A stretch of DNA of 64,000 bases, from positions 515,677 to 579,676 of the forward strand of contig CAVZGB010000010.1 in NCBI GenBank assembly GCA_963774665.1. Direction: 5' to 3'. Shown piece after piece: positions 1 through 10,782 of this stretch. Source of the DNA: an uncultured delta proteobacterium (lineage in GTDB: Bacteria > Desulfobacterota > Binatia > Binatales > Binataceae). Below the pieces are notes generated by a model. That model saw only the letters and a list, made by a program, of their open reading frames with translations. It was not told where the DNA came from and searched no databases. The translations under genes were made by a program, and so were the position numbers. How positions within the stretch are numbered: position 1 is the first letter of the stretch; the number at the start of each line of letters is the position of its first letter.

Positions 1-926
1 GCATGTCGGATTTTTACGGCCCGCGCGACGATGCGCAGTCGATGGATACTCTCGAGCGCGCGCTCGAACTCGGCGTCACCTTCTGGGATACGTCGGACGC
101 CTACGGGCCGCATCGCAACGAGGAGCTGGTCGGCAGAGCGATTCGCGGGCGGCGCGACAAACTCGTAATCGCGACCAAGTTCGGAATCGTGCGCAAACCT
201 TCTGATCCCACTTTTCGCGAAATCAGTGGCCGCCCGGAGTACGTGCGCTCCGCTTGCGATGCGAGCCTCAAGCGCCTCGGCATCGACACGATCGATCTTT
301 ACTATCAGCATCGCGTCGATCCCAACACTCCGATTGAAGACACGGTCGGCGCGATGGCGCAGTTGGTGAAAGACGGCAAAGTGCGTTACCTCGGCCTGTC
401 CGAAGCCGCGCCGGAGACGATTCGGCGCGCGTGCAAGGTGCATCCGATCGCGGCGCTGCAGAATGAATACTCGCTGTGGAGCCGCGAGCCCGAAGACGGA
501 ACGCTCGCGACCTGCCGCGAGCTGGGAGTCGGGCTGGTCGCATACAGCCCGCTCGGTCGCGGATTTCTAACCGGTCAGATTCGCAAATTCGACGACCTGG
601 CGGCCGACGATTTCCGGCGCTTCTCGCCGCGCTTCCAGGGTGAGAATTTCGACAAGAATCTGCAGCTCGTCGCGCGTATTGAAGCAATCGCAAAGGACAA
701 GCATTGCACGCCCGGGCAACTCGCACTGGCGTGGGTGCTCGCGCAAGGCGACGACATCGTGCCGATACCAGGTACCAGGCGGCGCAAGTATCTCGAAGAG
801 AACGTCGGCGCGCTCGACGTCGTCCTCACTGCCGATGACCTCAAGCGCATCGACGAGGTCGCGCCGAAAGGCGTCGCAGCTGGAGGTCGATATCCCGCCG
901 CGATGATGGGTTCGCTCAATCGCTAG
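1..926 (+). CDS. Aldo/keto reductase (5' truncated by window edge)
   Basis: AKR motifs [26 protein letters not shown]; starts inside the usual GxMGMS segment. Confidence 0.92.
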   Translation, partial: MSDFYGPRDDAQSMDTLERALELGVTFWDTSDAYGPHRNEELVGRAIRGRRDKLVIATKFGIVRKPSDPTFREISGRPEYVRSACDASLKRLGIDTIDLYYQHRVDPNTPIEDTVGAMAQLVKDGKVRYLGLSEAAPETIRRACKVHPIAALQNEYSLWSREPEDGTLATCRELGVGLVAYSPLGRGFLTGQIRKFDDLAADDFRRFSPRFQGENFDKNLQLVARIEAIAKDKHCTPGQLALAWVLAQGDDIVPIPGTRRRKYLEENVGALDVVLTADDLKRIDEVAPKGVAAGGRYPAAMMGSLNR

Positions 927-938
927 TGGCGCTCGAAG

Positions 939-1562
939 CTAGACCTTCGGCACTTCCATGCCCCTCTTCACGGCGGGACGCTCGCCGACCGCTGCGATCC
1001 ATCGTGCGACGTTGGGACTCTCGCCCACCACGTCGGGCTTTGCCGCTTTGATCGCAGGGAAGCCCACGACGAGCCACGGGTAGGTCGCGATGTCGGCGAT
1101 CGAGTACGCGCCCGCCATGTATTCGTTGTTCGCCAGCTGACTGTCGAGCACTTTGATCAGTCGCGCTGATTCGGTGGCGTATCGATCGATCGCGTACGGA
1201 ATTTTTTCGGGCGCTGCGTTGACGAAGTGGCCGGCCTGTCCGAACATCGGGCCGACATTTGCCATCTGCCAGAAGAGCCATTCGAGCACTTTCGCCCGCC
1301 CGGGATCTTTCGCCGGCAGGAACTTGCCGGTCTTTTCCGCCAGATGAACGAGTATCGCGCCGGACTCGAAAATCGAAACGCCCGCGTCATGATCGACGAT
1401 CGCGGGAATCTTGCTGTTCGGACAAATCTTCACGAACTCCGGCTTGAACTGATCGCCGTTGCGGATATTGATCGGATGAACCGAGTACTCGAGCCCGCAT
1501 TCCTCGAGCATGATTGCGGGCTTGCGTCCATTAGGCGTCGTCCAGGTGTAAAGATCGATCAT
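939..1562 (-). CDS. Glutathione S-transferase, YfcG-like
   Basis: MIDLYTWTTPNG, PNSKIPAIVD, FESGAIL, YSIADIATYPW. Confidence 0.9.
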   Translation of the reverse strand: MIDLYTWTTPNGRKPAIMLEECGLEYSVHPINIRNGDQFKPEFVKICPNSKIPAIVDHDAGVSIFESGAILVHLAEKTGKFLPAKDPGRAKVLEWLFWQMANVGPMFGQAGHFVNAAPEKIPYAIDRYATESARLIKVLDSQLANNEYMAGAYSIADIATYPWLVVGFPAIKAAKPDVVGESPNVARWIAAVGERPAVKRGMEVPKV

Positions 1563-1647
1563 GTGGTCATTTTTCCTTCTGTAAGCTCTGTTGATCGGTT
1601 CGTATCACAGCGCCCGAAGCCAGCCCATCGCCAACTCTTCTATTGAT

Positions 1648-1938
1648 TCACACTACCGTGGCTTCTTCGTTACCACTTTCCGAAGTGGATCTACCCGAAC
1701 CCCTTTGATAAGACGCACTTTCCCGCTGGCGCATCTCACGAATCAGATCGACGATTTCCTCGGCTGAGAGATCGGTATCGATCCCCGCCACATCGAGCGG
1801 GGAATGACGCGAGCGGTCCGGCTGAATGATAAAGACCTGACCGTCGCGACGTTTCACGCGCACAGCACCTTCCCGACGCGCCCGCTCAAGAATCGCCGCG
1901 AACTTCTGGCGGGCTTCGGAAAACGTAAAGACTGTCAT
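1648..1938 (-). CDS. Phd/YefM-family antitoxin
   Basis: MTVFTFSEARQKFAAILERA Phd-type N-terminus; ATGA overlap with the upstream PIN gene. Confidence 0.8.
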   Translation of the reverse strand: MTVFTFSEARQKFAAILERARREGAVRVKRRDGQVFIIQPDRSRHSPLDVAGIDTDLSAEEIVDLIREMRQRESASYQRGSGRSTSESGNEEATVV

Positions 1939-2333
1939 TGCGGTATCTCCATTGTTTTGATTCCGACGTCGGTCGCAGCGGCCACCAGGCCCTGATCGAG
2001 CGAGAGTACGGGGCATCGATGCTGCAGTGCGCAGACGAGCACGTAAGCGTCATAAGCGTAAAGGCCAAGGTCATGCGCCACTTCGAGCGTCCGCTCGAGC
2101 TCAACATCGGAAAAGCGGATAGGAATCTGATGATATGACAAAAGCGCGCGCCGCGCGGCACGCAACGTAATTCGGCGACGCTTGAACATGGCAGAAAATG
2201 CATTTCCTATTTCCCAATGCACGGAAAGCGGCGCTATCAATTCTGCGGTAGCGGTCGCTCGTATCAGAGCCGCGCGGTGAGGCTCTCGGACCAGGACCGC
2301 AATGATGACCGACGTGTCGATTACTACTTCCAT
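1935..2333 (-). CDS. PIN-domain (VapC-like) toxin
   Basis: VVIDTSVIIA, EIGNA, YDAYVL, SLD acidic PIN motifs. Confidence 0.88.
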   Translation of the reverse strand: MEVVIDTSVIIAVLVREPHRAALIRATATAELIAPLSVHWEIGNAFSAMFKRRRITLRAARRALLSYHQIPIRFSDVELERTLEVAHDLGLYAYDAYVLVCALQHRCPVLSLDQGLVAAATDVGIKTMEIPQ

Positions 2334-2335
2334 AC

Positions 2336-2351
2336 TTGTTCAATTGTACAA
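2336..2351 (-). promoter_or_regulatory. Near-palindromic operator containing a -10 box (TACAAT) just upstream of the PIN toxin
   Basis: ttgttcaattgtacaa; on the minus strand TACAAT lies 9 nt before the ATG, with no SD. Confidence 0.5.
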
Positions 2352-2479
2352 TAGTCCCTCAGCCGAATGCCATTGTGCGCGCTGACTATCTTTCTGTTGC
2401 GCAGGAGTTCGGGGCAGAGGCAGACTTGGAACGAGAGGGAATACGGGCCTGAGCGCCTACGCTCACGAGGAGAACTACC

Positions 2480-3704
2480 ATGCAAAGTGTTGCTGAAATT
2501 GAAGCTAGTCCGGAAGTTCAGGACCTGCGCAATCGCGTTTCCGGATTTCTTAACGAGCTGATTTACCCTAACGAGAAGATTCTGGAGCGGGGCGGCGAGG
2601 AAGCGTCGCGCACGTTCAAAGCAATACAGGCCGAGGCGAAAAAGCGCGGGCTGTGGGCGCTCGGACTGCCAAAGGAAATCGGCGGCGGCGGACTCGAGTT
2701 CATGCCCTACGTTTTCGTCAATGAAATCGTCGGGCGCAGCGAGTACGCGATCGCAGGCCTCGGGACGCATTCCGCGCAGGACGCCACCATGCTGCACCTG
2801 TACGGAAATCCCGAACAGAAAAAGCGCTGGCTCGCGCCGCTGGTCAACGGCGACATCTATCCGAGCTTCTCGATGACGGAACCGGAAGTCTCGGGCGCCG
2901 ATCCGACCGGATTGCGCACGCGCGCGGTGCAGGACGGCGACGAATGGGTAATCAACGGGCACAAGTGGTTCACCAGCGGCGCCAACGTTGCGGCGTTTTC
3001 GACCGTGATGTGCGTGACGGAGCCCGACGCGCCCGCGCACGAGCGCTTCAGCATGATAGTCGTGCCCACAGACACCAAGGGCTACCAGATCGTGCGCATC
3101 GTGCCCGTGATGGGCGAGACGTCGGGCGGGCATTGCGAGATCAAATACACCGACGTGCGCGTGCCGCTGACGAATCTGCTCGGCCCGCGCGGGCAGGCGT
3201 TCACGATTGCACAGAAGCGGCTCGGCCCGGGACGCATCTACCATTGCATGCGATGGCTGGGGCAGGCGCAGCGGGCGTTTGAGCTGATGGTGGATCGGGC
3301 AATCAATCGCCAGGCGTTCGGCGGTCCGCTGTCCGACAAGCAGACGATTCAGAACTGGATTGCCGACTCCGCCGCCGAGATCCAGGCCGCTCGATTGCTC
3401 ACGCTGAACGCGGCCGCGAAGATCGACGCAGGCGACGAGGCGCGGGTCGAGATATCACTGATCAAATTCTTCGGCGCGAAGGTGCTGCACGACGTGATCG
3501 ATCGCGCGATCCAGGTGCATGGCGCGATGGGCGTGTCGGAGGACACGCCGCTGGCCCGGATGTACCGTCATGCACGCTTCGCTCGAATCTACGACGGACC
3601 CGACGAAGTGCATCGGATGGTGGTTTCGCGACGAATCGTGAGCGAGTTCAAAAAGGGCCGCAAGTGGGACTTCGGCCGCGGGGTCAGGAAGAACAGAAAA
3701 ATAA
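2480..3704 (+). CDS. Acyl-CoA dehydrogenase (true stop probably near 3704; the read-through to 4051 is likely an indel artefact)
   Basis: FSMTEPEVSGADP, INGHKWFTSG, RLGPGRI, IQVHGAMG, RIYDGPDEVH; removing one G from the run near 3680 gives GRGSGRTEK*. Confidence 0.88.
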
Positions 3705-3736
3705 TCACCTCCGCGGTGGGCGGCATCGACACCGTC

Positions 3737-3799
3737 GCGGGGGTGACCCCTGCACCCAGTGAAGGACGAAGACGCGAAATCCGCGCGGCGCGTCTTTTC
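3737..3799. repeat. Partial or diverged copy of the tri-hairpin intergenic repeat
   Basis: gcgggggtgacccctgcacc...gaagacgcg resembles the copies at 36259 and 39653. Confidence 0.55.
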
Positions 3800-3825
3800 G
3801 CGAAAGGTTATAGCGGAAGGAATTA

Positions 3826-4185
<360 letters not shown>

Positions 4186-4306
4186 TCAGACTGGCCGCGC
4201 GCACATATGCCGGCCCGGGCTTCCATCCCCAATAACCATTCTCTTCGGAGGCAGTTGGTTCAAGACCCCTTGTTCCGCGCGCGCCAGGACGGTTCCGCGG
4301 GGCGCG

Positions 4307-4705
4307 TTAGTTACTGAAAAAAACCTCCCGAGCGTGATTGGTGTCGCAATACTCGCGCACTTCGGCAATCTTGTCGCCGTCGAAGCGAATGTCGAAGTGG
4401 TAGCGGTTGTTGTATTTCTTCCCGTTGGCCGCGGTGGTGTTCGATTCGGCCTGAACTGCGCAGCGATCGCCTTCACAGATGATCGTGTGGATTTTGAGGC
4501 CGAGCCCGCCCGGCATCATCGTCTTCATCCCCTTAGCGAAAGTCTTGAGACCCTCGTGACCTTTCACGGGAGGCATACCCGGCATGTTGGTCATGATCTT
4601 CCATTCGAAGTCGTTGGCGGCCATCGTGGCGAGCCGCACCGGATCCGGATCTTCGAACTCGCTGAGAAATTCCGTGGCCAATTCCTTTTTTTCCGCTGAC
4701 GTCAT
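4307..4705 (-). CDS. SnoaL/NTF2-like protein
   Basis: ICEGDRCAV, YNNRYHF, IAEVREYCDT; AGGAGA SD upstream. Confidence 0.8.
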   Translation of the reverse strand: MTSAEKKELATEFLSEFEDPDPVRLATMAANDFEWKIMTNMPGMPPVKGHEGLKTFAKGMKTMMPGGLGLKIHTIICEGDRCAVQAESNTTAANGKKYNNRYHFDIRFDGDKIAEVREYCDTNHAREVFFSN

Positions 4706-4782
4706 AGGCCCATCTCCTATTGCTACAGACAGATACCTAGTCCATCCGGCGGGATCGCGGCAACATCCGGCGCACGCGTTAA

Positions 4783-4798
4783 CGCAAGCGCGATGCCA
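4783..4798 (-). promoter_or_regulatory. Sigma-54 (-24/-12) promoter
   Basis: Minus strand TGGCATCGCGCTTGCG fits GG-N10-GC and faces snoaL-glnB. Confidence 0.6.
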
Positions 4799-4914
4799 AC
4801 CCTTCATGCAGAAGCCTTGCGCATTGCAACATCACAAATATTCCCCGGCTCTGCTGACGGTCAGCCTTCCTCGATGCTTAACTGGCGGGCGTCCGATTAA
4901 TCGGCGGGCACTTC

Positions 4915-5524
4915 TCAGGAGGCGGCGCTGCCGCTGCGCCTGGGCTGGAACTTCGGTTCCTCGCCACGGGACAGGCGCATGATGTTCTCGCGATGGCGAA
5001 ACAGGGCGAGCGCCGTCATCAGGATCGCGAGCAGCAAATAGTGATGCGGCAAGCCGAGGGCGGCGACGACCGGCGGCAGCACAATAGCCGCAGCTATCGA
5101 GGCGAGCGACGTGATCCGGCTTATCGCAACGACCACGGCGAAAGCCGCGAGCGCGAACAGTATCGCCATCGGCGAGATCGCCAGCCAGATACCGAGCGCG
5201 CAAGCGATGCCCTTCCCGCCGCTGAAGCCGAGGAAGACAGAGCAAATCGCGCCGATAAACGCGGCCAGGCCGACCCACGCAATAGTCGATGGAGGAAAGC
5301 CCGCTGCGCGCGTGACAATCACTGGAATCGCGCCTTTGAGCGCGTCGCCAACGAGAGTCATCACGGCAGAACTGATGCCGCCCGCGCGCACCACGTTGGA
5401 CGCCCCGATATTGCCGGACCCGACCGCGCGCGGATCGAAGCCGCGCATCCGTCCGACGATCACGCCGGTCGGAATCGAGCCGATGAGGTACGCAGCGAGG
5501 ATCAAGAAGGAGTTCAGTGATCAC
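4915..5524 (-). CDS. plsY: Glycerol-3-phosphate acyltransferase PlsY (probable indel near 5505)
   Basis: YLIGSIP, GSGNIGASN, GGKGIA, RHRENI. Confidence 0.92.
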
Positions 5525-5582
5525 GTTTGTGCTGACTGGCCCCTGGAGGGCAATACACTGAAAAACAATTCACTGAAAAGAA

Positions 5583-5657
5583 TCGGGGTGACTGGATTTG
5601 AACCAGCGACTCCTGCGTCCCGAACGCAGTGCTCTGGCCAGGCTGAGCTACACCCCG
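5583..5657 (-). tRNA. tRNA-Pro(CGG), CCA not encoded
   Basis: CGGGGTG acceptor stem, anticodon arm CTGCG-TTCGGGA-CGCAG, T-loop GGTTCAAATCC. Confidence 0.95.
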
Positions 5658-5791
5658 TCTCCGGTTGCGCGTGATCGGGAAGGTACAGACGAGTGTTTAT
5701 AGCATTGGAGGCGGTAGCGCGCGAGTCCGGCGGGATGATCGGTGCTGTCTTAATTCGGCCCTGAGTGTCTGAATTTGGAATTGCTAGTGTC

Positions 5792-6064
5792 TTAATTTGA
5801 TTTGAGGCGCGGATCGTCGGTTGCGATGCATTGCCCAGCCTTTATTCGTCTTATTTTTTCCGCATCTCCGTCAGCTGTTTTTGCAAGTGCCGATGGAAGG
5901 TTGCCAGTGGCCATCATCGATTTGCAACTGTCACCGGTATCGAACGGGCCATTTTTATCCCACTGACTAAGCGGCGCGTTAACTTGACACCGGCTTCCAA
6001 CCAGTGGCGGGTATATTAACCACCAGCCCACAAGCGCGAGCGCGGTTGCGTGGTGGAGCTTCAT
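5792..6064 (-). CDS. 90-aa small protein of the MKxxHAxALALVGW...CIATDDPRLK family, copy 1
   Basis: ATGA overlap with the rpe stop; paralog at 54801-55064. Confidence 0.8.
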   Translation of the reverse strand: MKLHHATALALVGWWLIYPPLVGSRCQVNAPLSQWDKNGPFDTGDSCKSMMATGNLPSALAKTADGDAEKIRRIKAGQCIATDDPRLKSN

Positions 6065-6753
6065 GGCTGATGCGTATGCGCGACCAAATCGCGCATCTCG
6101 TCCATGATTTTCGTATAGTCGGGCTTGCCGAAGATCCCTGAGCCCGACACGAAGACATTGGCGCCGGCCGCCTTGACGTCCGCGATATTGCTGAGCTTTA
6201 CGCCGCCGTCGATCTCGACGTCGATACTGAGTCCGCGACGCTTCAGCTCGCGCCGGATGTAGCGCAGCTTGTCGAGCGCGGCCGGGATGAACTCCTGGCC
6301 GCCGAAGCCCGGATGCACGCTCATCACGAGGATCATGTCGAGATGCTCGGCGAAGGGCAGCACCTTGTCGGCGTCGGTCTCGGGATTGATTCCGATCGAT
6401 GCGCGCGCGCCGAGGTCGTGGATTCGCTTCGCCATCGCGGGGATGTCGGGGCAGACCTCGCAATGCACCGAAATTGAATTGGCGCCGGCCTTCACGAATG
6501 CCTCGACGTAGCGGGCCGGCTCGGAAATCATCAGGTGCGCATCGAGCGGCAGCTTCGTGACCTTGCGCACCGACTCCATCACCGGGATTCCAATCGAGAT
6601 GTTAGGCACGAAGTGCCCGTCCATCACGTCGAAATGAATCATGTCAGCGCCGGCATTCTCGACCGCGCGAATTTCCTCGCCGAGCCGCGCAAAGTCAGCA
6701 GACAGAATCGAAGGGGCAAGCTTGTCTCGGATATCTTCAGCCGGATATGCCAT
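6061..6753 (-). CDS. rpe: Ribulose-phosphate 3-epimerase
   Basis: APSILSADF, HFDVMDGHFVPN, MSVHPGFGGQ, IDGGV. Confidence 0.96.
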   Translation of the reverse strand: MAYPAEDIRDKLAPSILSADFARLGEEIRAVENAGADMIHFDVMDGHFVPNISIGIPVMESVRKVTKLPLDAHLMISEPARYVEAFVKAGANSISVHCEVCPDIPAMAKRIHDLGARASIGINPETDADKVLPFAEHLDMILVMSVHPGFGGQEFIPAALDKLRYIRRELKRRGLSIDVEIDGGVKLSNIADVKAAGANVFVSGSGIFGKPDYTKIMDEMRDLVAHTHQP

Positions 6754-6920
6754 ACGCAGAGATTAACCGCCGTCCAAGTTGATTGCGAATCGGGCTATTG
6801 TGTCACCCTGACGACGCGAGCATCGCGAAGGGAGGAAAAGGGGTTCGGGCTTCCGGACAGCCTCCCACGACGCGAAGCCGGTTCCGGTCTCCGAGTTCGA
6901 GCGTGCGCGCGCTCGAAGAT

Positions 6921-7226
6921 TTAGGATGCGCTGCGCGCCTGACGTTGCACGGCTCGATGCAGATCCCAATCTGCCTGCAGTCGCATCCACAATTGCGCTG
7001 AGGTTCTAAGAAAGCGCCCCAATCGAAGAGCAGTATCGGCGGTGATGGCGCGTTTGCCCAGAACTATCTCATTCAAGCGGTTGAGTGAGATGCCAAGGCG
7101 GCGAGCAGCCTCGACCTGTCCGAGGCCGAGCGGCTTGAGGTATTCCTCCAGAAGGATCTCGCCGGGCGCAACGGCCGGACCCAGCCAATCTGGCTGTCTA
7201 GTGATAGTCTTCGACGCAGACTTCAT
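6921..7226 (-). CDS. higA: HigA-family antitoxin (HTH)
   Basis: PGEILLEEYLKPLG, RLNEIVLGKRAITADTALRL, WMRLQADWDL. Confidence 0.9.
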   Translation of the reverse strand: MKSASKTITRQPDWLGPAVAPGEILLEEYLKPLGLGQVEAARRLGISLNRLNEIVLGKRAITADTALRLGRFLRTSAQLWMRLQADWDLHRAVQRQARSAS

Positions 7227-7488
7227 AGGCATGACCGCTCTCCCATCGAAACGTGATGCGATACTGATCGTTGATCCGAATGCTGTGCAGACCAGCGCGA
7301 TCACCCTTCAGTCGCTCCAGGCGATTACCTGCGGGAATCAACAGATCTTCGAGACGCGCTGCGACATCCAGCAGTTTCAACTTCCTTTGAACCGAGCGCC
7401 AGAGCTCGCGAGGAATTCGTCGGGCTGAATTGGTGTTTCGTTCCCGAAACAGGTCGGCCGCAGTGTGGTCGCGAAATGACTGGATCAA
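7198..7488 (-). CDS. higB: HigB (RelE-like) toxin
   Basis: IQSFRD, NRLERLKGDRAG.HSIRINDQYRI.F.W, EDYH. Confidence 0.9.
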   Translation of the reverse strand: MIQSFRDHTAADLFRERNTNSARRIPRELWRSVQRKLKLLDVAARLEDLLIPAGNRLERLKGDRAGLHSIRINDQYRITFRWESGHAYEVCVEDYH

Positions 7489-7492
7489 CTCG

Positions 7493-7529
7493 TTGACTAC
7501 ATGCTACCTAGGTACTATGTAATTGTCAA
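7493..7529 (-). promoter_or_regulatory. Sigma-70 promoter overlapped by a palindromic operator for higBA
   Basis: TTGACA-17nt-TAGCAT; palindrome ttgac-tacat-gc-tacctaggta-ct-atgta-att-gtcaa. Confidence 0.75.
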
Positions 7530-7544
7530 GCCCAAACGCGACGC

Positions 7545-8222
7545 TCAGAAGCGCGGGAGTGCGCTGGAGAGCCATGCGCCGATAGGATTTGAGACTGTTC
7601 GGCGCGATGAACTGTAGCGACGGCGTCTGACCGCAACGTATATCGACCGCCGGTACGAGACGTAACTCACATGGCGTGGGGTGCTGATCATAGAGCTTTC
7701 AGCGTATGTCGACGAAACCGAAGTCAGCGCGGGTGTGCTGCTTGCGGTGGGCGTCACTCGCACCCTGCCTACGCCCTTGCTGGTGAGCCCGATTTGTCGC
7801 GCGGCGCCATGCGACAGATCGAGCGAGCGCCCGCGCACGAACGGTCCGCGGTCGTTGATTCGGACCACGACCGACCTGCCGGTGTCGGGGTTGGTAACTC
7901 TCACGTGCGAGCCCAGCGGCAAAGTCCTGGACGCCGCGGTAAGCCCCTCGGGATTGTAAGTCTCTCCCGTGCTGGTGCGTCGTCCCGCGAAGCCGGCGCC
8001 GTACCATGAAGCGATCTCCGTGTGCGACGACGTTCCGTAACTCACATGCGGCGGGGGCGCGTAGTAGGTCGGCGCTGGCAGCGGCGCGGGCGTGTAATTC
8101 TGCGAAGAACATCCGGCGAGCATGATGGCGAGAACGCAGGCCGTGAACGCGAGCGTCCAGCTAATCGGACCCATGTGATTCGGATTCGAATCGGTACCGG
8201 CTCTGGCAGCCCCCTCGATCAT
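7545..8222 (-). CDS. rlpA: RlpA-family septal lytic transglycosylase lipoprotein
   Basis: LAGC lipobox; ASWYG, TAASRTLPLG, VRINDRGPF, DLS.GAA. Confidence 0.88.
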   Translation of the reverse strand: MIEGAARAGTDSNPNHMGPISWTLAFTACVLAIMLAGCSSQNYTPAPLPAPTYYAPPPHVSYGTSSHTEIASWYGAGFAGRRTSTGETYNPEGLTAASRTLPLGSHVRVTNPDTGRSVVVRINDRGPFVRGRSLDLSHGAARQIGLTSKGVGRVRVTPTASSTPALTSVSSTYAESSMISTPRHVSYVSYRRSIYVAVRRRRYSSSRRTVSNPIGAWLSSALPRF

Positions 8223-8290
8223 CAGTCGCCGCTCGGTCCGAAGAGTATGAAGTGATGGTCCACGTGCGTGCGCCGCAATTAACTAAAATG

Positions 8291-9680
8291 TTAGCGCCGA
8301 ATCAATCGCGCGGCAAAGAATCCGTCGAGCCCGCCGACGTCGGGGCGCGTCTTCATGAATCCTCGCGCATCGATGACGTCTCTAAACTCGTCTCGACCCG
8401 CCATGCCGCCATCGACAGCGAAATCGGCGTGGCGCGCGAGAAATCCATCGACCACGCCTTCGCCCTCTTCGGGCGCGATACTGCAAACCGAATACACAAT
8501 CGCGCCGCCAGGACGAACGAGCGCCGCGGCGTTGTCGAGCATCCGCGATTGAATCGCAGCCATCCGCGCCGAGTCGGTCGGCTTGAGGCGCCACTTTATC
8601 TCCGGATGCTCCCGCAACGTCCCGGTTCCGGTGCACGGCGCATCGAGGAGGACGTACCCGACGCTCGACGGCGCAAGCGGCACCGACGTAGTCAGATCGG
8701 CGCAAACGAACTCGACATTGCGATGCCGCAGGCGGTGCGCCAGGTCGCGCGCATTCTTGAGTCCGTTAAAATTGAGGTCCACGGCGATCACTCGACCGCT
8801 TTCGCCGACCATTTCCGCGAGATGAGTCGCCTTGCCACCCGGCGCCGCCGCACAATCCACGACGGTCGCGCCGGCTCTGCACGCGAGCATCCGTGCGACC
8901 ATCTGCGACGCCTCGGATTGCGCGTGGAACAGGCCCTCGCGATATGCGCGCGACTCGAAATGCGGCGCGCCGCTCAGCACGATCGTCTCGGGCGCGCGGC
9001 CGGGCCGCGCCAATCTCGAAACCATCGGCGGTCAGCTTTTCGATGATCTCCGCGCGAGACCCGCGCGCGAGATTCAGCCTGATCACGTTGGGTGCGGCGT
9101 CGTTGTTCGCCGTCATCAGGCGCTCGGCATTCTCGACCCCGAACCAATCGACGAAACGCTCGACCATCCATCGCGGATGTGAATATGCGACCGCGAGATA
9201 ACTTTTCTCATTGCGCTCGCGCGGCGGCATCGGCGCAGTCTCGCGCGTCGCACGACGCATCACCGCGTTGACGAACCCCGAAGCTTTCCGAGTCGCGGGA
9301 ATCCGTTTGGCGAGACTGACTGCAGTATCGACCACAGCGTGCTGCGGAATCCGATCGAGAAATCGAAGCTGAAAAAGTCCCATCCGCATGATTGCGAGCG
9401 CCTCAGGCTGAATCCCGGCGAGCTTGCGCCCGGTGAGATGCGTCAGCTCGAAGTCGAGCCGCCACTGCCACGCGAGCGTCCCCAGCACCAGGCGCGTGAT
9501 CAGTCTTCTGTCGGCGGGAGCAAATTCGGGCAGTCGCGCACCGAGCAGAACGTCGGCATAGCCGGATTCCTGATCGACGCGATAAAGAATCTCGACCGCG
9601 GCCATCCGTGACGCGAGCCCTTCGTCGGTTCGCGCACCGGCTCGATCGCCGACCTTTGCCTTTGTCTGTTCTTCGCTCAT
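8291..9680 (-). CDS. rsmB: 16S rRNA m5C967 methyltransferase (frameshift near 9005)
   Basis: NusB-like N-terminal half plus DCAAAPGGK, LDAPCTGTG, YSVCS and DGFF in the second frame. Confidence 0.9.
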
Positions 9681-10634
9681 CAGCCGAATCGCGCACCGGC
9701 TTCTATGCGTTTGCCACGGAGAAAATCAGCCGCGGGAATTCTCTTTCGCCCCGGCGCTTGCACTTCGATCAACCGTGAGTCGTCCGGTCCCACATTGGAC
9801 CACCGGATTCGGTTTGACGCTCACGATCGTGCCCGGAGCGTCGCCGCTTGAAGATTCATCCTCGACCGCAGCGCGCCAGATGAGAACTTCGTCGCTGCCA
9901 AGCCGCGTCCGTGCGACTGGCCACGGATCGTATGCGCGCGTCATCCGCTCGATCTGCACGGCGCTCGAAGCCCAGTCGATCACCGCGTCCTTCTTTTCGA
10001 CCTGCGCGGTGTAGGTAGCGAGCGATTCGTCCTGCGGCGTTTCGACCAGCGCGCCGCGTGCGGCGAGATCGATCGCGTCGAGCATCGCGGACGCGCCTAA
10101 CTCCGCGAGTTTTTCTTTCAGCGTTCCCTGGGTGTCGTTCGGTTCGATCGGAATCTTGCGCTGGAAGTACATCGGGCCGGCGTCCATCTGCTCGACGATC
10201 CGCATGATTGTGACTCCGGTCTCGGTATCGCCCGCCAGGATCGCGCCCTCGATGGGAGCAGCGCCACGATGACGCGGCAGCAGCGACGCGTGCACGTTCA
10301 TCGGCGCGATCTTCGGAACGTCGAGAATCGAGTTCGGCAGAATTCGACCGTAAGCCGCGACCACCAGGAGATCGGGCTCGAATGCTTTCAGCTCGCTCAG
10401 AAATTCCGGCGTTCTAATTTTGACCGGCTTCAACGTAGGAATCTGATGCTTCGCGGCGACCGCGCCGACTTCGCTCGGCTCCATGCCCAGTCCGCGCCCA
10501 CGAGGCTGGTCGGGACGCGTCACGACTCCGACAACTCTGAAGTTGGCTCCTGAAGCCGTCACGAGCCGCTCCAAAATATGGGCCGCCAAGGCAGGAGTGC
10601 CCATGAAAACGATCCTTAGCGGGGTGTCGGGCAA
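9680..10634 (-). CDS. fmt: Methionyl-tRNA formyltransferase (frameshift near 9770)
   Basis: FMGTP, NVHASLLPRHRGAAP, MDAG; the shifted tail EVQAPGRKRIPAADFLRG ends in TGA overlapping the rsmB ATG. Confidence 0.93.
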
Positions 10635-10689
10635 GTTTTGAAACCTTCCACTAGTGCTATCTGGACACCCTGCATAAAAGAGGCTGCCT

Positions 10690-10737
10690 TCCTTAACCTT
10701 CTCTCCCGCTCTTTTGCGGGGGAGACAAGAGAGGGGA
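10690..10737. repeat. REP-like palindromic element between def and fmt
   Basis: tctcccgc-tcttt-tgcgggggaga stem with purine/pyrimidine-rich flanks. Confidence 0.4.
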
Positions 10738-10782
10738 AGCAGGCTTTTGATCTATCAAGAGCCTGCTAGTGGTTCGGCGATT

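Noticed and set aside
6761-6920. Possible ncRNA (SRP or 6S) between rpe and higA
   Set aside because: No diagnostic motif or convincing long stem was found.
5583-7529. tRNA-anchored genomic island (tRNA-Pro, small ORF, higBA)
   Set aside because: No integrase and no duplicated tRNA 3' end were seen, and housekeeping rpe lies in between.
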